In this document: piece after piece, positions 21,373-31,430 of the stretch
Layout: every line of letters starts with the position of its first letter
Position numbering within the stretch: the stretch's first letter is position 1
Assembly: GCA_042408415.1 (NCBI GenBank)
Contig: JBHORE010000003.1
Span: forward strand, 6,156 to 70,155
Source: Thermobaculum sp.
Lineage (GTDB): Bacteria; Chloroflexota; Chloroflexia; Thermobaculales; Thermobaculaceae
Direction of reading: 5' to 3'
Length of the DNA: 64,000 bases
Made by a program: the position numbers and the translations under genes
Notes under the pieces: model-generated
Told to the model about the DNA's origin: nothing
Databases searched by the model: none
Seen by the model: the letters and a program-made list of their open reading frames with translations, nothing else

Positions 21373-22478
21373 TAGCTTTGCCTCCTTGAATAGTTCTCAA
21401 CCATCGAAAGGAAGTTAGAAAATAGGTACTCGTTCTCATCAGGGCCAGGAGAGCCCTCCGGATGGTACTGCACCGAGAAAGCTGGCCTGGTTACGTGCAG
21501 TATCCCCTCCACCGAGCCATCGTTCAGACTAACGTGACTGACCTTCCAACCTTCATGCACTGGTATGCTATCAGCATCTACCTGGTATCCATGATTCTGA
21601 GATGTTATGTGTACTTGCCCAGTAGCTAGTTCTTTTACTGGGTGATTTGCCCCTCGATGACCAAACTTAAGTTTGCTTGTGGTAGCACCGATGGCAAGTC
21701 CCAGTATCTGGTGCCCCAGGCATATACCGAAGAAAGGCACATCGTTGTCCAGCACAGCTTTCACAGCTCTAACTGGAGCTTCAGCATTTTCGGGATCGCC
21801 TGGTCCGGGTGAGGTGAGTACACCATCGGGAGAGAGCTCTAGTATATCCTCTGCGGTAGCTGAGTAAGGAACTACAATTATCTCTACGGGGTGCTTAGCC
21901 AACGACTTGAGTATATTATGTTTGAGGCCACAGTCTATTACTACTATTCGCCTGCCAGCTACATCTGCCTTGTATTCATATTTCTTACCCAGGCTAACCG
22001 TGTCCACACTGGGAAGATCATCTGGAGTAAGAGCCCTCTGAGCTTTATCTAGTAGCTCTTCAAGCGAGTACTGAGACATATCAGATACAAGTACGCCTCG
22101 CATCGTGCCATGAGATCTTATATGGCGGGTTAATGCCCTGGTGTCAACCCCACTTATCCCAGGAATTCCGTGTTTCTTGAGGTATGAATCAATAGTTCCC
22201 TGACTAGACCAATGGGAAGGATGATCACAGTGCTGCCTAACTACTAGTCCAGCTATCCAAGGACGGACGGACTGATCGAAGGCTTCACTTATCCCATAGT
22301 TACCAACAAGAGGATATGTAAGGCATAGTATCTGCCCATAGTAGGAGGGATCGGTGCACATCTCTTGATATCCAGTCATGGACGTGCTGAACACAACCTC
22401 TCCTTCTGTATAGCCGAGGTAGCCGAATGGCTCTCCTTTGAATATCCTGCCGTCTTCCAGAATTAATGCTGCTTCCAT
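21372..22478 (-). CDS. carA: Carbamoyl-phosphate synthase small subunit
   Basis: GEVVFSTSMTGYQE, SPGPGDP, GICLGHQ, QYHPEG. Confidence 0.97.
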   Translation of the reverse strand: MEAALILEDGRIFKGEPFGYLGYTEGEVVFSTSMTGYQEMCTDPSYYGQILCLTYPLVGNYGISEAFDQSVRPWIAGLVVRQHCDHPSHWSSQGTIDSYLKKHGIPGISGVDTRALTRHIRSHGTMRGVLVSDMSQYSLEELLDKAQRALTPDDLPSVDTVSLGKKYEYKADVAGRRIVVIDCGLKHNILKSLAKHPVEIIVVPYSATAEDILELSPDGVLTSPGPGDPENAEAPVRAVKAVLDNDVPFFGICLGHQILGLAIGATTSKLKFGHRGANHPVKELATGQVHITSQNHGYQVDADSIPVHEGWKVSHVSLNDGSVEGILHVTRPAFSVQYHPEGSPGPDENEYLFSNFLSMVENYSRRQS

Positions 22479-23809
22479 TTCGCCTTTAATTCCTCTCTTA
22501 CATAGCGCTTATTTCCCAATATGGTCATAAGTACTCGGCCTGTGACCTGCCTACCAATCAAGGGGGTATTTTTGCCCTTGGAAATCAGAGTCGATGGGGT
22601 AACTGTCCACTCCAGGTTGGGATCGAACAACACCAGGTTCGCATCTCTTCCCTCCTCTATTCCCCAATGGTCAATACCAAAGGCCTTGGCTGGAGAGATG
22701 GTGAGCAAGCTCACCATCTTCATCATAGAAATTCTTCCGGCTCTGACTAACTCCAGACTAAGAGGCAGGGCAGTCTCAAGTCCACTAATACCGAATGCTG
22801 CCTCTTCAAACGGACAATCTTTTTCGAGAACTGAGTGCGGAGCATGATCAGTGGCAATTGCGTCAATCGTCCCATCAACTAGGCCTTCAATGACTGCCTC
22901 AACATGCTCTCTAGACCTAAGAGGAGGATTGACTTTAGCATTAGTATCGTATGCTGAAATGCTCAAGCATCGATCAGCACTAGAATCTTGCCATCCTGCC
23001 ACCCACTCATCAGTAAAGGTAAAATGATGGGGTGTAGCTTCAGCTGTGACTTGCACACCCATCTTCTTCGCATGTCTGATGGCTTCAACTCCTCCAGAGG
23101 TGCTCACATGCGCAATATGTATATGCCCCCCTGTCTCAGCGGCTAGTGCTAGATCTCTATAGATCATGACCTCCTCCGCGCTAGCAGGTATTCCAGGAAG
23201 TCCCAAACGAGCGCTAACAGCTCCGTCATGCATACAACCATTAGCCGATAGATCACTATCCTCACAATGGGAGGATATGGGCACTCCCAATGTTCTGGAG
23301 TAAAGTAAAGCCAGACGCATCATTCGGGAGTTCATAACAGGACTGCCATCATCGGAAAAAGCTACGGCCCCTGCCTTAACCATAGCTTCATAATCAACCG
23401 GTAATTTACCCTGCCTCGCAATGGTAATAGCACCTATTGGGAGAACCCTTACGCCATTACCATTAGCCCTATCTACTACCCATCTAACTAACCTGGGATT
23501 GTCTAAGGCAGGGTTCGTGTTAGGCATAGCACATATAGTGGTGAATCCACCAGCTAGAGCTGCACTTGCTCCAGACGCTATAGTTTCCTTATGTTCCTCT
23601 CCGGGCTCTCTGAGGTGTACATGCACATCTACGAAACCAGGGGATAACACTAAACCGTCGCAGTTTACACTTTCAGCCTGATCTACATCCAGCGACTTAC
23701 CAATGCAGACGGCAGTTATCCGACCGTCCTCTATTAGAACGTCTCCAGTACTATCAATCGAGGTATAAGGACATACTATTCTGGCGCCTCTCAGCAGTAA
23801 TCTACTCAC
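22463..23809 (-). CDS. pyrC: Dihydroorotase (type I)
   Basis: DVHVHLREPG, MPNTNP, KVNPPLR, ATDHAPH. Confidence 0.96.
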   Translation of the reverse strand: MSRLLLRGARIVCPYTSIDSTGDVLIEDGRITAVCIGKSLDVDQAESVNCDGLVLSPGFVDVHVHLREPGEEHKETIASGASAALAGGFTTICAMPNTNPALDNPRLVRWVVDRANGNGVRVLPIGAITIARQGKLPVDYEAMVKAGAVAFSDDGSPVMNSRMMRLALLYSRTLGVPISSHCEDSDLSANGCMHDGAVSARLGLPGIPASAEEVMIYRDLALAAETGGHIHIAHVSTSGGVEAIRHAKKMGVQVTAEATPHHFTFTDEWVAGWQDSSADRCLSISAYDTNAKVNPPLRSREHVEAVIEGLVDGTIDAIATDHAPHSVLEKDCPFEEAAFGISGLETALPLSLELVRAGRISMMKMVSLLTISPAKAFGIDHWGIEEGRDANLVLFDPNLEWTVTPSTLISKGKNTPLIGRQVTGRVLMTILGNKRYVREELKAKWKQH

Positions 23810-24755
23810 TATCTCCTCCTAGAAGCATGCTAAGAACTGCCATCCTAACTAGCACGCCGTTCGCAACTTGCTTTTGGATCAAGCTGTTGGGAGCTACCAT
23901 AAGATCCGCAGATATCTCCACTCCCTCGTTAGCTGGTCCAGGATGCATAACAAATGCGTCTGGACAGTACTTTGCTATGACTTCTGGGGTAATGCCATAG
24001 TTCGTTATATAGTTGCGAATACTGGGTATATACCCCTGATCCTGCCTTTCTCTCTGTATGCGCAGAGGCATAACTACATCAGCACCTGTGATCCCCTCTT
24101 CGAGAGAGGTATGCATGCTAACTGATAGGCCGAGTCCATATAACCAATCTGGGTGTATAGATAATGCTGGAGGAGATACAAGCCTAACGTTAGCTCCGCA
24201 CATAGCGAGTGCGATCGCGCTAGATCTGGCAACTCTACTGTTCTGGATATCGCCTACGATAGCCACGGTAACACCTTCAATGCGGCCTAATGCCTGATAA
24301 ACAGTCAGCAGATCTAGCAGCGCCTGAGTTGGATGAGCATGCCTACCGTCTCCAGCGTTGATAATCACACCAGAGTAGTGTCTTGCCAGCAGGTAGGAGG
24401 CGCCAGCAGCCTGATGCCTCAAGACTATGGCATCCGCCCCCAGAGCCTCGACAGTTCGAACAGTATCTATCAGAGACTCGCCCTTTTCTACACTGCTCCC
24501 GGCCACAGCGAAATTTATAACCTCAGCCCCGAGCTTACGTGCAGCTATCTCAAAAGACATTCTTGTCCGTGTACTTGGCTCATAGAATAGGTTGACAACT
24601 AGTTTGCCAGCTAGCTGATGCGAATAGACAGTTGAATCGGTCCTACCAAACCACTCAGCCTGCTTCAATATTCGCTCTATCCCAGCTTTCCCTAGAGTAT
24701 CTACATCAAGCAAATGCTTCTGAACTGCGACAGCCATTCCATCAAACCTCTGCAT
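23802..24755 (-). CDS. pyrB: Aspartate carbamoyltransferase catalytic subunit
   Basis: FYEPSTRTRMSF, NAGDGRHAHPTQ, RIQRER, MHPGP. Confidence 0.96.
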   Translation of the reverse strand: MQRFDGMAVAVQKHLLDVDTLGKAGIERILKQAEWFGRTDSTVYSHQLAGKLVVNLFYEPSTRTRMSFEIAARKLGAEVINFAVAGSSVEKGESLIDTVRTVEALGADAIVLRHQAAGASYLLARHYSGVIINAGDGRHAHPTQALLDLLTVYQALGRIEGVTVAIVGDIQNSRVARSSAIALAMCGANVRLVSPPALSIHPDWLYGLGLSVSMHTSLEEGITGADVVMPLRIQRERQDQGYIPSIRNYITNYGITPEVIAKYCPDAFVMHPGPANEGVEISADLMVAPNSLIQKQVANGVLVRMAVLSMLLGGDSE

Positions 24756-26103
24756 CAGCTACAGCGATAGACTCTCCTTGTTGTGGCTGAGACTCCAATC
24801 TGAGCAAAATTTGATTGAGAAGTATTGCAGCAAATGTGGCCAGAGCCATATCACCAAGTGCGAAATTGCCTATATTGATGGTCCCGGTAGGTACTTGCGA
24901 CAGGACATCAGCAGGCAATTTGTTAGCCTGCACCAGATTACTTACCGTAGAATGTGCAAACTGTAATGCTGCGCTACCTCCCCCAATGACAAGGGTAGCT
25001 CCAAATACTATTAGAGGTCTGGGACTAGTAAAATCAATTCCCGCATCCCGAATAATCCTTCCTGAGGTAGCCACTATAAGACCAAATAGCAATATTGATA
25101 TACCACCCATAACTGGAACGGGTATCGAATTAATCAGCGCCCCAAATTTTGGACAGAAGCCGAGAATTATGGCCGTGGCGGCCGCAGCTATGAACACATA
25201 GATGCTGTATATCCTAGTCATAGCCATGACGCCTATGTTTTCAGCATATGTTGTTTGTCCAGGGCCTCCACCCAAGGCGGACACCATAGTGGCCACAGCA
25301 TCGCCCAGGAATCCTTTACCTAGATGGGGGGTAAGATCACGACCCATATTGGAATCAAGAGCTTTGATATGGCCTGCGTTCTCGGCTACAAGCACCAAAG
25401 CTACGGGCGCTATCAGGGATATAGCCCTCCAGCTGAATGTAGGATGCACAAAATTGGGCAGCCCTATCCAAGCAGCATTGCGAACAGGAGAAAGGTCTAC
25501 CTCGCCCATTATTAGTGCAACAATGTAAGCTACGATCGCACCAAGAAGTATCGGGACTAGGCGAGGAAAGCCTCGAGCTCCCACTGCGATAATGCCGGCA
25601 GCCAGCAGGCTTATGATCGCTAGCGTTATGTTACCTGAAGCCATGTTGATAGCAGTAGGAGCCAGAGCCAGGCCTATAACAGCTACAACCGAAGCAGTAA
25701 CCACAGGAGGCATCACAACATCAATCCATCGTGGCCCAGCCCACATAACTATTACTGCAATAACTGCATAGACAACTCCTGCTGCAAAGATCCCTCCCAG
25801 TGCTGCCGGTATGCCACCCTGAGCCTTAGCTGCAATGACGGGAGCGATGAATGCAAAGGAGCTTCCCAGGTAAGATGGGATCTTGCCTCTTGTAATTAGA
25901 ATAAAGATGATCGTTCCCACACCAGAGAAGAAAAGCGCTAGGCTTGGGTCAAAACCCATGACTATCGGCGCCAAGACGGTTGCACCGAACATAGCTAGTA
26001 CATGCTGTATGCCAAGTACCAACGTTCTACCCAGTGGCAGCCTAGTCTCAGGGTAAGCTACAACTAGCTGATTGCTTTCTACCGTCTGTGCGTTTGAACT
26101 CAT
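24742..26103 (-). CDS. uraA: Uracil permease (NCS2/UraA/PyrP)
   Basis: QHVLAMFGAT, YLGSSFAF, TTYAENIGV, many TM helices; located in the pyr operon. Confidence 0.93.
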   Translation of the reverse strand: MSSNAQTVESNQLVVAYPETRLPLGRTLVLGIQHVLAMFGATVLAPIVMGFDPSLALFFSGVGTIIFILITRGKIPSYLGSSFAFIAPVIAAKAQGGIPAALGGIFAAGVVYAVIAVIVMWAGPRWIDVVMPPVVTASVVAVIGLALAPTAINMASGNITLAIISLLAAGIIAVGARGFPRLVPILLGAIVAYIVALIMGEVDLSPVRNAAWIGLPNFVHPTFSWRAISLIAPVALVLVAENAGHIKALDSNMGRDLTPHLGKGFLGDAVATMVSALGGGPGQTTYAENIGVMAMTRIYSIYVFIAAAATAIILGFCPKFGALINSIPVPVMGGISILLFGLIVATSGRIIRDAGIDFTSPRPLIVFGATLVIGGGSAALQFAHSTVSNLVQANKLPADVLSQVPTGTINIGNFALGDMALATFAAILLNQILLRLESQPQQGESIAVADAEV

Positions 26104-26104
26104 G

Positions 26105-26665
26105 TCAGTCCTCTCCCCTCCTTACGATGTATACCCCTTCCACCCCATCGACATCTGATATCCTTACTAGAACCTCTTCTTCTCGAGATGATGGAAGGTT
26201 TTTGCCTACATAATCAGGCCTTATAGGTAATTCCCTGTGCCCCCTATCTATAAGAACAGCCAGCTGAATCCTTGCTGGCCTACCCATATCTATCACAGCC
26301 TCCATGGCAGCCCGAGCCGTGCGTCCAGTGTAAAGGACGTCATCGACAAGTATCACTGTACGGTTTTCAACCTGGAAATCTACATTGGAGTAATTAGATC
26401 GGTAATCGTCTCTTCTTAAGAGGTCATCTCTATAGGGGGTGATATCTATCTCTCCAACCGGGACCTTTACGCCTCCGATACGGAGCAGCTCAGTCTGAAG
26501 CCTATGGGCCAGATGCACTCCTCGGGTACGGATACCTATTAGGACTACATCGTAGAGGTCAGGGTTGTTCTCAAATATCTGATGTGCCATGCGGATAAGC
26601 ATCCTTCGCATGGCAGACTGATCTATAAGATTCTTCGCTCGCTCATCTAATCTATTTGGACCCAT
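26105..26665 (-). CDS. pyrR: Bifunctional pyr attenuation regulator / UPRTase
   Basis: GIRTRGV, DITPYRDD, LVDDVLYTGRT, DRGHRELPIRPDYVGKN. Confidence 0.97.
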   Translation of the reverse strand: MGPNRLDERAKNLIDQSAMRRMLIRMAHQIFENNPDLYDVVLIGIRTRGVHLAHRLQTELLRIGGVKVPVGEIDITPYRDDLLRRDDYRSNYSNVDFQVENRTVILVDDVLYTGRTARAAMEAVIDMGRPARIQLAVLIDRGHRELPIRPDYVGKNLPSSREEEVLVRISDVDGVEGVYIVRRGED

Positions 26666-26709
26666 AATAAAAGCTCCTGCTTTTTCCGCAAGGCGGCAGG
26701 CAGGAGCTT
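26666..26709 (-). terminator. pyr attenuator hairpin (terminator / SD-sequestering)
   Basis: Minus strand AAGCTCCTGC-N19-GCAGGAGCTT-TTATT-ATG: perfect 10-bp stem whose 3' arm contains the pyrR SD (AGGAG). Confidence 0.8.
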
Positions 26710-26753
26710 AGGCTAACAGACATATTTATATAGCTATAGCCAGATTGTCCTTG

Positions 26754-26785
26754 CCTTGCCAGCCTCACGGGACTGGATTTAAAGG
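26754..26785 (-). ncRNA. PyrR binding-loop RNA (cis-regulatory leader)
   Basis: Minus strand CCUUUAAAUCCAGUCCCGUGAGGCUGGCAAGG matches the PyrR consensus UUUAA...ARUCCNGNGAGGYU and lies directly upstream of pyrR. Confidence 0.92.
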
Positions 26786-26830
26786 CTAACTGATTATAGG
26801 AACACTAATGGTCCAATTGCAAGCACCACG

Positions 26831-28474
26831 TTACTTACTATATTCCTGCAGAGCTGCCTGTAGCATGGCCTTAGCAATAGGAGCAGCAACCTTGTACCCT
26901 TCGCCACCGTTCTCAACTAAAACTGTCACAGCAAACTGAGGATTGTCGGCTGGAGCAAAAGCAGTAAACCAGGCATGAGGAGCTTGCCCTTCTCCTAGTT
27001 GAGCTGTACCTGTTTTGCCGGCAACCTTAACACCAGGAATCTTCGCATTCTGACCACTCCCACTGTCGACTGTGGCCACCATCATTTCCTTGATCTTCTG
27101 TGCGGTATCCTTACTCACCACTTGTTCAAGCGGGGTATAACTCCTCTCTTCAATAACTCGACCACTTGGCGAGACTATTTTCTTTACCAGGTAAGGCGCT
27201 GGCATAACACCTTCGTTAGCTATAGTAGAAGTGATCAAATTAATCTCCATAGGCGTTGCCAAGATCTCTCCTTGGCCAAAAGCAGTATCTGCCAGTAGCA
27301 CCCGATTACTCAGATCGGCTGGATCCTTGGCCAATTGACTAATTGATATAGGTAAATCAAAAGGTATACGCTTCTCGAAGCCAAATCTTCTCGCGTATTC
27401 CCTAAGTCCTGCAGCTTCAACTTGTAGACCCACCTGAGCAAAAACAGCATTCAAAGACCATTTGTAAGCCTCTAGCAACGTCCACTTAGTCTTGCTTTCG
27501 TCAGGTCTATTTGGATCTCTAACTATATGTCCCCCAACGACAAATTCACCATCATCCTCATAGATATCATCTGGCTCCGCAACTCCAAGATCTATAGCCG
27601 CAGCGGCCGTAACGGTCTTGAAGGTGGAGCCTGGAGAGTATAGCCCCTGCAGAGCCCTGTTAATTAGCCTGGCATCAGCACCACTGCTTATCTTAGAAAG
27701 TTCCTCTCTCAACCTATTGATTTCTTGATTTCTTACAGATGGATCAGGGTTCATAGTCAGATCCTGGGCGTTGTAGGTGGGATTGCTCACCAGAGTCAGA
27801 ACCTCACCAGTCTTAGGATTCATCATCACGATAGCCCCTCTTCTGCTGCCTAGCAGGCGTTGCCCAAGATTCTGTAGTCTAGCATCTAAGGTCAATACAA
27901 GATCATTGCCTACCATTGGAGTGTGGAAGACTTTGCTTCTAAGCCTCTCGATGGGATCACCAGCACGACCAGAAAGATAATCGTCATAAGCTTTCTCAAG
28001 AGCTGATTTACCGATCACAGCATCTGGAGTGAAATAACCAGCTATATAAGACGTGGAAGGGTCTGAGTAAGTACGCCTAACATAGCCTTGCTTAGTGATC
28101 ACCCTTCCGGCTATCTCAATACCGTTCCGATCGTATATACGACCACGCACTACCCTTAGCTCTGCATTCAGTAGCCTAGGATTATAAAGCCCTCCTACCG
28201 GAGTGGTAGCGTAAGTATCAGCTATGATGAACTGCTGGCGTAGAAGCTGCAGGCTAAGCATGATAAAGCTCGCCATCAACACCCCCACGATTCTCCATGT
28301 ATTCTTTTTCCAATCAGGCGCATCGACCGGAATCATGGAAAATATCAAATAGCAGAGAGGCAGCATGCTCAGGTAAAGACAAGACATCCATATTACATCT
28401 GAACCAGAGGTTGCACCATAGATGAGCAACCCAGCTATGCATACAAGGCTAAGAAGGCGCAGGAAAAACTTCAA
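26831..28474 (-). CDS. Class B penicillin-binding protein (PbpA-like) with extra N-terminal TM helices
   Basis: SPGSTFK (SxxK), SLN (SxN), KTGT; RGRIYDRNG; paired with a SEDS gene. Confidence 0.92.
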   Translation of the reverse strand: MKFFLRLLSLVCIAGLLIYGATSGSDVIWMSCLYLSMLPLCYLIFSMIPVDAPDWKKNTWRIVGVLMASFIMLSLQLLRQQFIIADTYATTPVGGLYNPRLLNAELRVVRGRIYDRNGIEIAGRVITKQGYVRRTYSDPSTSYIAGYFTPDAVIGKSALEKAYDDYLSGRAGDPIERLRSKVFHTPMVGNDLVLTLDARLQNLGQRLLGSRRGAIVMMNPKTGEVLTLVSNPTYNAQDLTMNPDPSVRNQEINRLREELSKISSGADARLINRALQGLYSPGSTFKTVTAAAAIDLGVAEPDDIYEDDGEFVVGGHIVRDPNRPDESKTKWTLLEAYKWSLNAVFAQVGLQVEAAGLREYARRFGFEKRIPFDLPISISQLAKDPADLSNRVLLADTAFGQGEILATPMEINLITSTIANEGVMPAPYLVKKIVSPSGRVIEERSYTPLEQVVSKDTAQKIKEMMVATVDSGSGQNAKIPGVKVAGKTGTAQLGEGQAPHAWFTAFAPADNPQFAVTVLVENGGEGYKVAAPIAKAMLQAALQEYSK

Positions 28475-29790
28475 TTTGCGTCCCTCCCCCTAGCTCCACT
28501 AATACCGAGGAGCAATCCCGCCATGATAAAGTTGGTCAAAGTGGAGCTGCCTCCATAAGCGATGAACGGAAGAGTGACGCCAGTTAGGGGAATAAGCTTG
28601 ATATCTCCTGCTATGATTATGAAGGTCTGTACGCCAAATATAGTTGTTATACCTATGCCCAGCAACTGGTAAAAACCATGTCTCGCAGCCATAGATATCA
28701 TAAATCCACGATATATAAGCACTATATATAAGGCAAGAATGGCGATGGTGCCTATCAATCCCAACTCTTCACCAATGGCTGAGAATATCATGTCGGTATG
28801 TACATACGGCATGTTCTGGGGGGCATCGTAGCCTATGCCAGTACCAAACACACCGCCGGTACTAAGAGCAAACAAAGACTGTATTATCTGAAAACTCGAA
28901 TCATACGGGTCGAACGCCGGATTCAGCCATGCAAGCACCCTGACCTGTACGTGTGCGAAAAGCTGGTAGGCTACATAAGATCCAGCCACGAACATACCAC
29001 CCAGTACCCAAATATACAATCCCCTACCAGTAACAACGTAGAGCAGAGCTAGAAAAATAGCAAAGAATAGTAGAGCTGTGCCAAGATCCTTGAGCAGAAC
29101 TATAACCAACATCGACAGCCCCCACATAGTAACCATAGGAGCGAGGTAAGGCAGGGGAGGTAGCTTTAGCGGTCCAACCCTGTAGAAAGAGGTTAAAAGT
29201 TCCCGACGTTCATCAAGATATGAGGCCAAAAAGATAACTAACAGTACTTTGACTATCTCCGAAGGCTGAAAGAGAATAGGACCAAGCCTATACCAGAGCT
29301 TGGCCCCATTTATCTCCACACCAACGTAGGGTATAAGGAGAGCCGCCATTAATAACAAACCCAGAACGGCGATGGAATATTTATATCTACGCAGTCTATA
29401 AACTAGATCCACCTTGGCCGCAACTACCATCATGGCGATAATGCCAAGCAGAACCCATAAGCTCTGTCTTATAGCTATGCCGCCCAAGGGGTTGTCGCCA
29501 CCAGACATGATAAGCTCTAGCCTTCTTATGACAACTAGACCCACAGCCGTAAGTATAGCTACTGTAGGAAGGATAACCTGGTCGCCAGCAAAGCGAGTGA
29601 CCGTGAAATAAAGGTGAACAACAAATAGCGCGCCCACGAAGGCTAGAGCTGTAGATAGGTCTGATAGAGTCCAGTAAGCCTCGCCACGACTTACTAAAGT
29701 TATGAGTAGAAAACCTGCTACTATAAGCAGGGCTGCTAATATCAGTAGCTCCAGTTCTATAAACCTAAATCTACGTACAGTCTTGACCAT
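28471..29790 (-). CDS. rodA: SEDS family peptidoglycan polymerase RodA/FtsW
   Basis: NGAKLW, FQPSEIVK, KDLGTA, HTDMIFSAIGEELG, PLTGVTLPFIAYGGSS. Confidence 0.92.
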   Translation of the reverse strand: MVKTVRRFRFIELELLILAALLIVAGFLLITLVSRGEAYWTLSDLSTALAFVGALFVVHLYFTVTRFAGDQVILPTVAILTAVGLVVIRRLELIMSGGDNPLGGIAIRQSLWVLLGIIAMMVVAAKVDLVYRLRRYKYSIAVLGLLLMAALLIPYVGVEINGAKLWYRLGPILFQPSEIVKVLLVIFLASYLDERRELLTSFYRVGPLKLPPLPYLAPMVTMWGLSMLVIVLLKDLGTALLFFAIFLALLYVVTGRGLYIWVLGGMFVAGSYVAYQLFAHVQVRVLAWLNPAFDPYDSSFQIIQSLFALSTGGVFGTGIGYDAPQNMPYVHTDMIFSAIGEELGLIGTIAILALYIVLIYRGFMISMAARHGFYQLLGIGITTIFGVQTFIIIAGDIKLIPLTGVTLPFIAYGGSSTLTNFIMAGLLLGISGARGRDAN

Positions 29791-29877
29791 GCTTATACTA
29801 TTACACCATCTATGAGAGGATTAGGCAAACAAGCCGAGTTGCTAATCAAGCAACGAAGGATACCTAACCGAATGCAT

Positions 29878-29907
29878 TTGACTTGAATATGTTAGCTACA
29901 ATATACT
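29878..29907 (+). promoter_or_regulatory. Sigma70-type promoter TTGACT-N18-TATACT
   Basis: Near-consensus -35/-10 in the divergent intergenic region; would imply the downstream ORF starts at ATG 29941. Confidence 0.5.
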
Positions 29908-30237
29908 TTGGAAAAATCACTTGATAACAATACAGAACAAATGGAAGAATTAGAAAGACAGGACCACGAAGAAGAAATCGACGTACAGCCCAACGAAGCC
30001 AAGGTGCTTATAACGCTCGTTAGAGGCGAGGATGGCATCGATGGATTCATCCTTACTAGAGAGGGTTTCGATTTTGATCCTGGCGATACTGAAGGCTTTC
30101 CTCAGAGCGATGTGCTCAGATTAGCCTCTGAGCTCCTGCTAAGGGCATCAGGGTACGAAGACAGAGATGTACAACAATTCCTAGATTCTGCGCCTAGAGG
30201 TCCTATAAGGCTTGAAGAGAGGGAAGTAGAAGAATAG
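29908..30237 (+). CDS. Acidic hypothetical protein
   Basis: E/D-rich ORF with its own promoter. Start is 29908 (TTG) or 29941 (ATG). Confidence 0.7.
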   Translation: MEKSLDNNTEQMEELERQDHEEEIDVQPNEAKVLITLVRGEDGIDGFILTREGFDFDPGDTEGFPQSDVLRLASELLLRASGYEDRDVQQFLDSAPRGPIRLEEREVEE

Positions 30238-30241
30238 ACTT

Positions 30242-30997
30242 CTATATGTTTCCCTTTGCTCCCACAACTATCAGCCTGTCACCTTGGCCATAATAAGGCG
30301 TCATGTCCCAACTACCGAAGACGTTTTCTATCTTCAGTCCTGCAGCCTTGAATAGAAGATAGATCTCTCCAAGAGTATAATTTCTCATCTCAGCCTCAAA
30401 AACCACCCTCTTGAGGGTATCAGAGCTACTTATATCCCAGATAATAGTAACGTGATCAATAGAGTTAGCTTGGTCTGTCTTTGCAGACACCAACTTCAGA
30501 ATAATATCCTCACCTCTCCTAAACTTGCCAGCTAGTAATACCTCTCCGTTGCCAGGTCTCCTGCCAGCAACATCCTCCATGTCCAGAATGAGCAACCCAG
30601 ACGGCCTCAAAGCTTTCTTAATACCCTCCAAAATCTCCATCGCCTGCTGTAGATCGTGCACATGCGACCAAGTATTGAGAGCACATATGGCTAGGCCAAA
30701 AGTTTCCTCCGGCAAGTTATACAGGCTGTCTTGCATCACACCATGGATCAGCTTGAATCTCGCCTCAGGCAAACCTGATAGTCGTCTCCTGGCCCTGTCT
30801 AACATATGAGGAGAGGCATCAAGACCTACCACCTCGTACCCATGCTTTACTAAGGGAAGCATCACTCTACCAGTACCACATCCGAGATCAAGCACCGGAC
30901 CGCCAGTGCGAGCTGCATAGCTGAGATAGAGGTCTATGTCCTCAGTTACCGAATCATGCTCCAAATCGTATAGTTCCGCAACTAACTCGTCGTACAT
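30242..30997 (-). CDS. Class I SAM-dependent methyltransferase
   Basis: Motif I VLDLGCGTGR, VGLDAS; family-typical start MYDELVAELYD at 30997. The longer ORF-track start overlaps clpS. Confidence 0.88.
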   Translation of the reverse strand: MYDELVAELYDLEHDSVTEDIDLYLSYAARTGGPVLDLGCGTGRVMLPLVKHGYEVVGLDASPHMLDRARRRLSGLPEARFKLIHGVMQDSLYNLPEETFGLAICALNTWSHVHDLQQAMEILEGIKKALRPSGLLILDMEDVAGRRPGNGEVLLAGKFRRGEDIILKLVSAKTDQANSIDHVTIIWDISSSDTLKRVVFEAEMRNYTLGEIYLLFKAAGLKIENVFGSWDMTPYYGQGDRLIVVGAKGNI

Positions 30998-31109
30998 ATC
31001 TGAAGCATAAAGAAAGCAGTAACAAGCAAGCAAGTGCCAAACATGACCAAACAGATGATAAAATCCAATCTGTAGCAAAAAGACAAGCCAGGATGACGGG
31101 AGTGAGATA

Positions 31110-31415
31110 ATGGGGCTTGATTTTGATATGCCTATATACAGAGAAGTCTCTGGCGAAGAGAAGGAATTACTAGATATACCCGATAGCCTTTTTGGTTGGA
31201 AGGTCATACTATGGAATGATGACGTCCATAGCATGGACTACGTCGTACTCGTCCTCATGAGATGCCTAGGCATGAGCCTAGAGAAAGCAACTCAGGTAAT
31301 GCTTGAGGCTCATCACAATGGCCAATCGGTTGCTTGGGCAGGAGCTAAGGAGACTGCAGAGCTCTATCAAGATAGACTACTATCATTTGGACTTACCGCA
31401 ACGATTGAGAAGTAA
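31110..31415 (+). CDS. clpS: ATP-dependent Clp protease adaptor ClpS
   Basis: KVILWNDDVHSMDYVV...MLEAHHNG...GLTATIE. Confidence 0.92.
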   Translation: MGLDFDMPIYREVSGEEKELLDIPDSLFGWKVILWNDDVHSMDYVVLVLMRCLGMSLEKATQVMLEAHHNGQSVAWAGAKETAELYQDRLLSFGLTATIEK

Positions 31416-31430
31416 CCTCGAAGCACTGTC

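Noticed and set aside
30998-31234. N-terminal extension of the methyltransferase ORF
   Set aside because: It overlaps clpS on the opposite strand; a promoter and a family-typical start fit ATG 30997.
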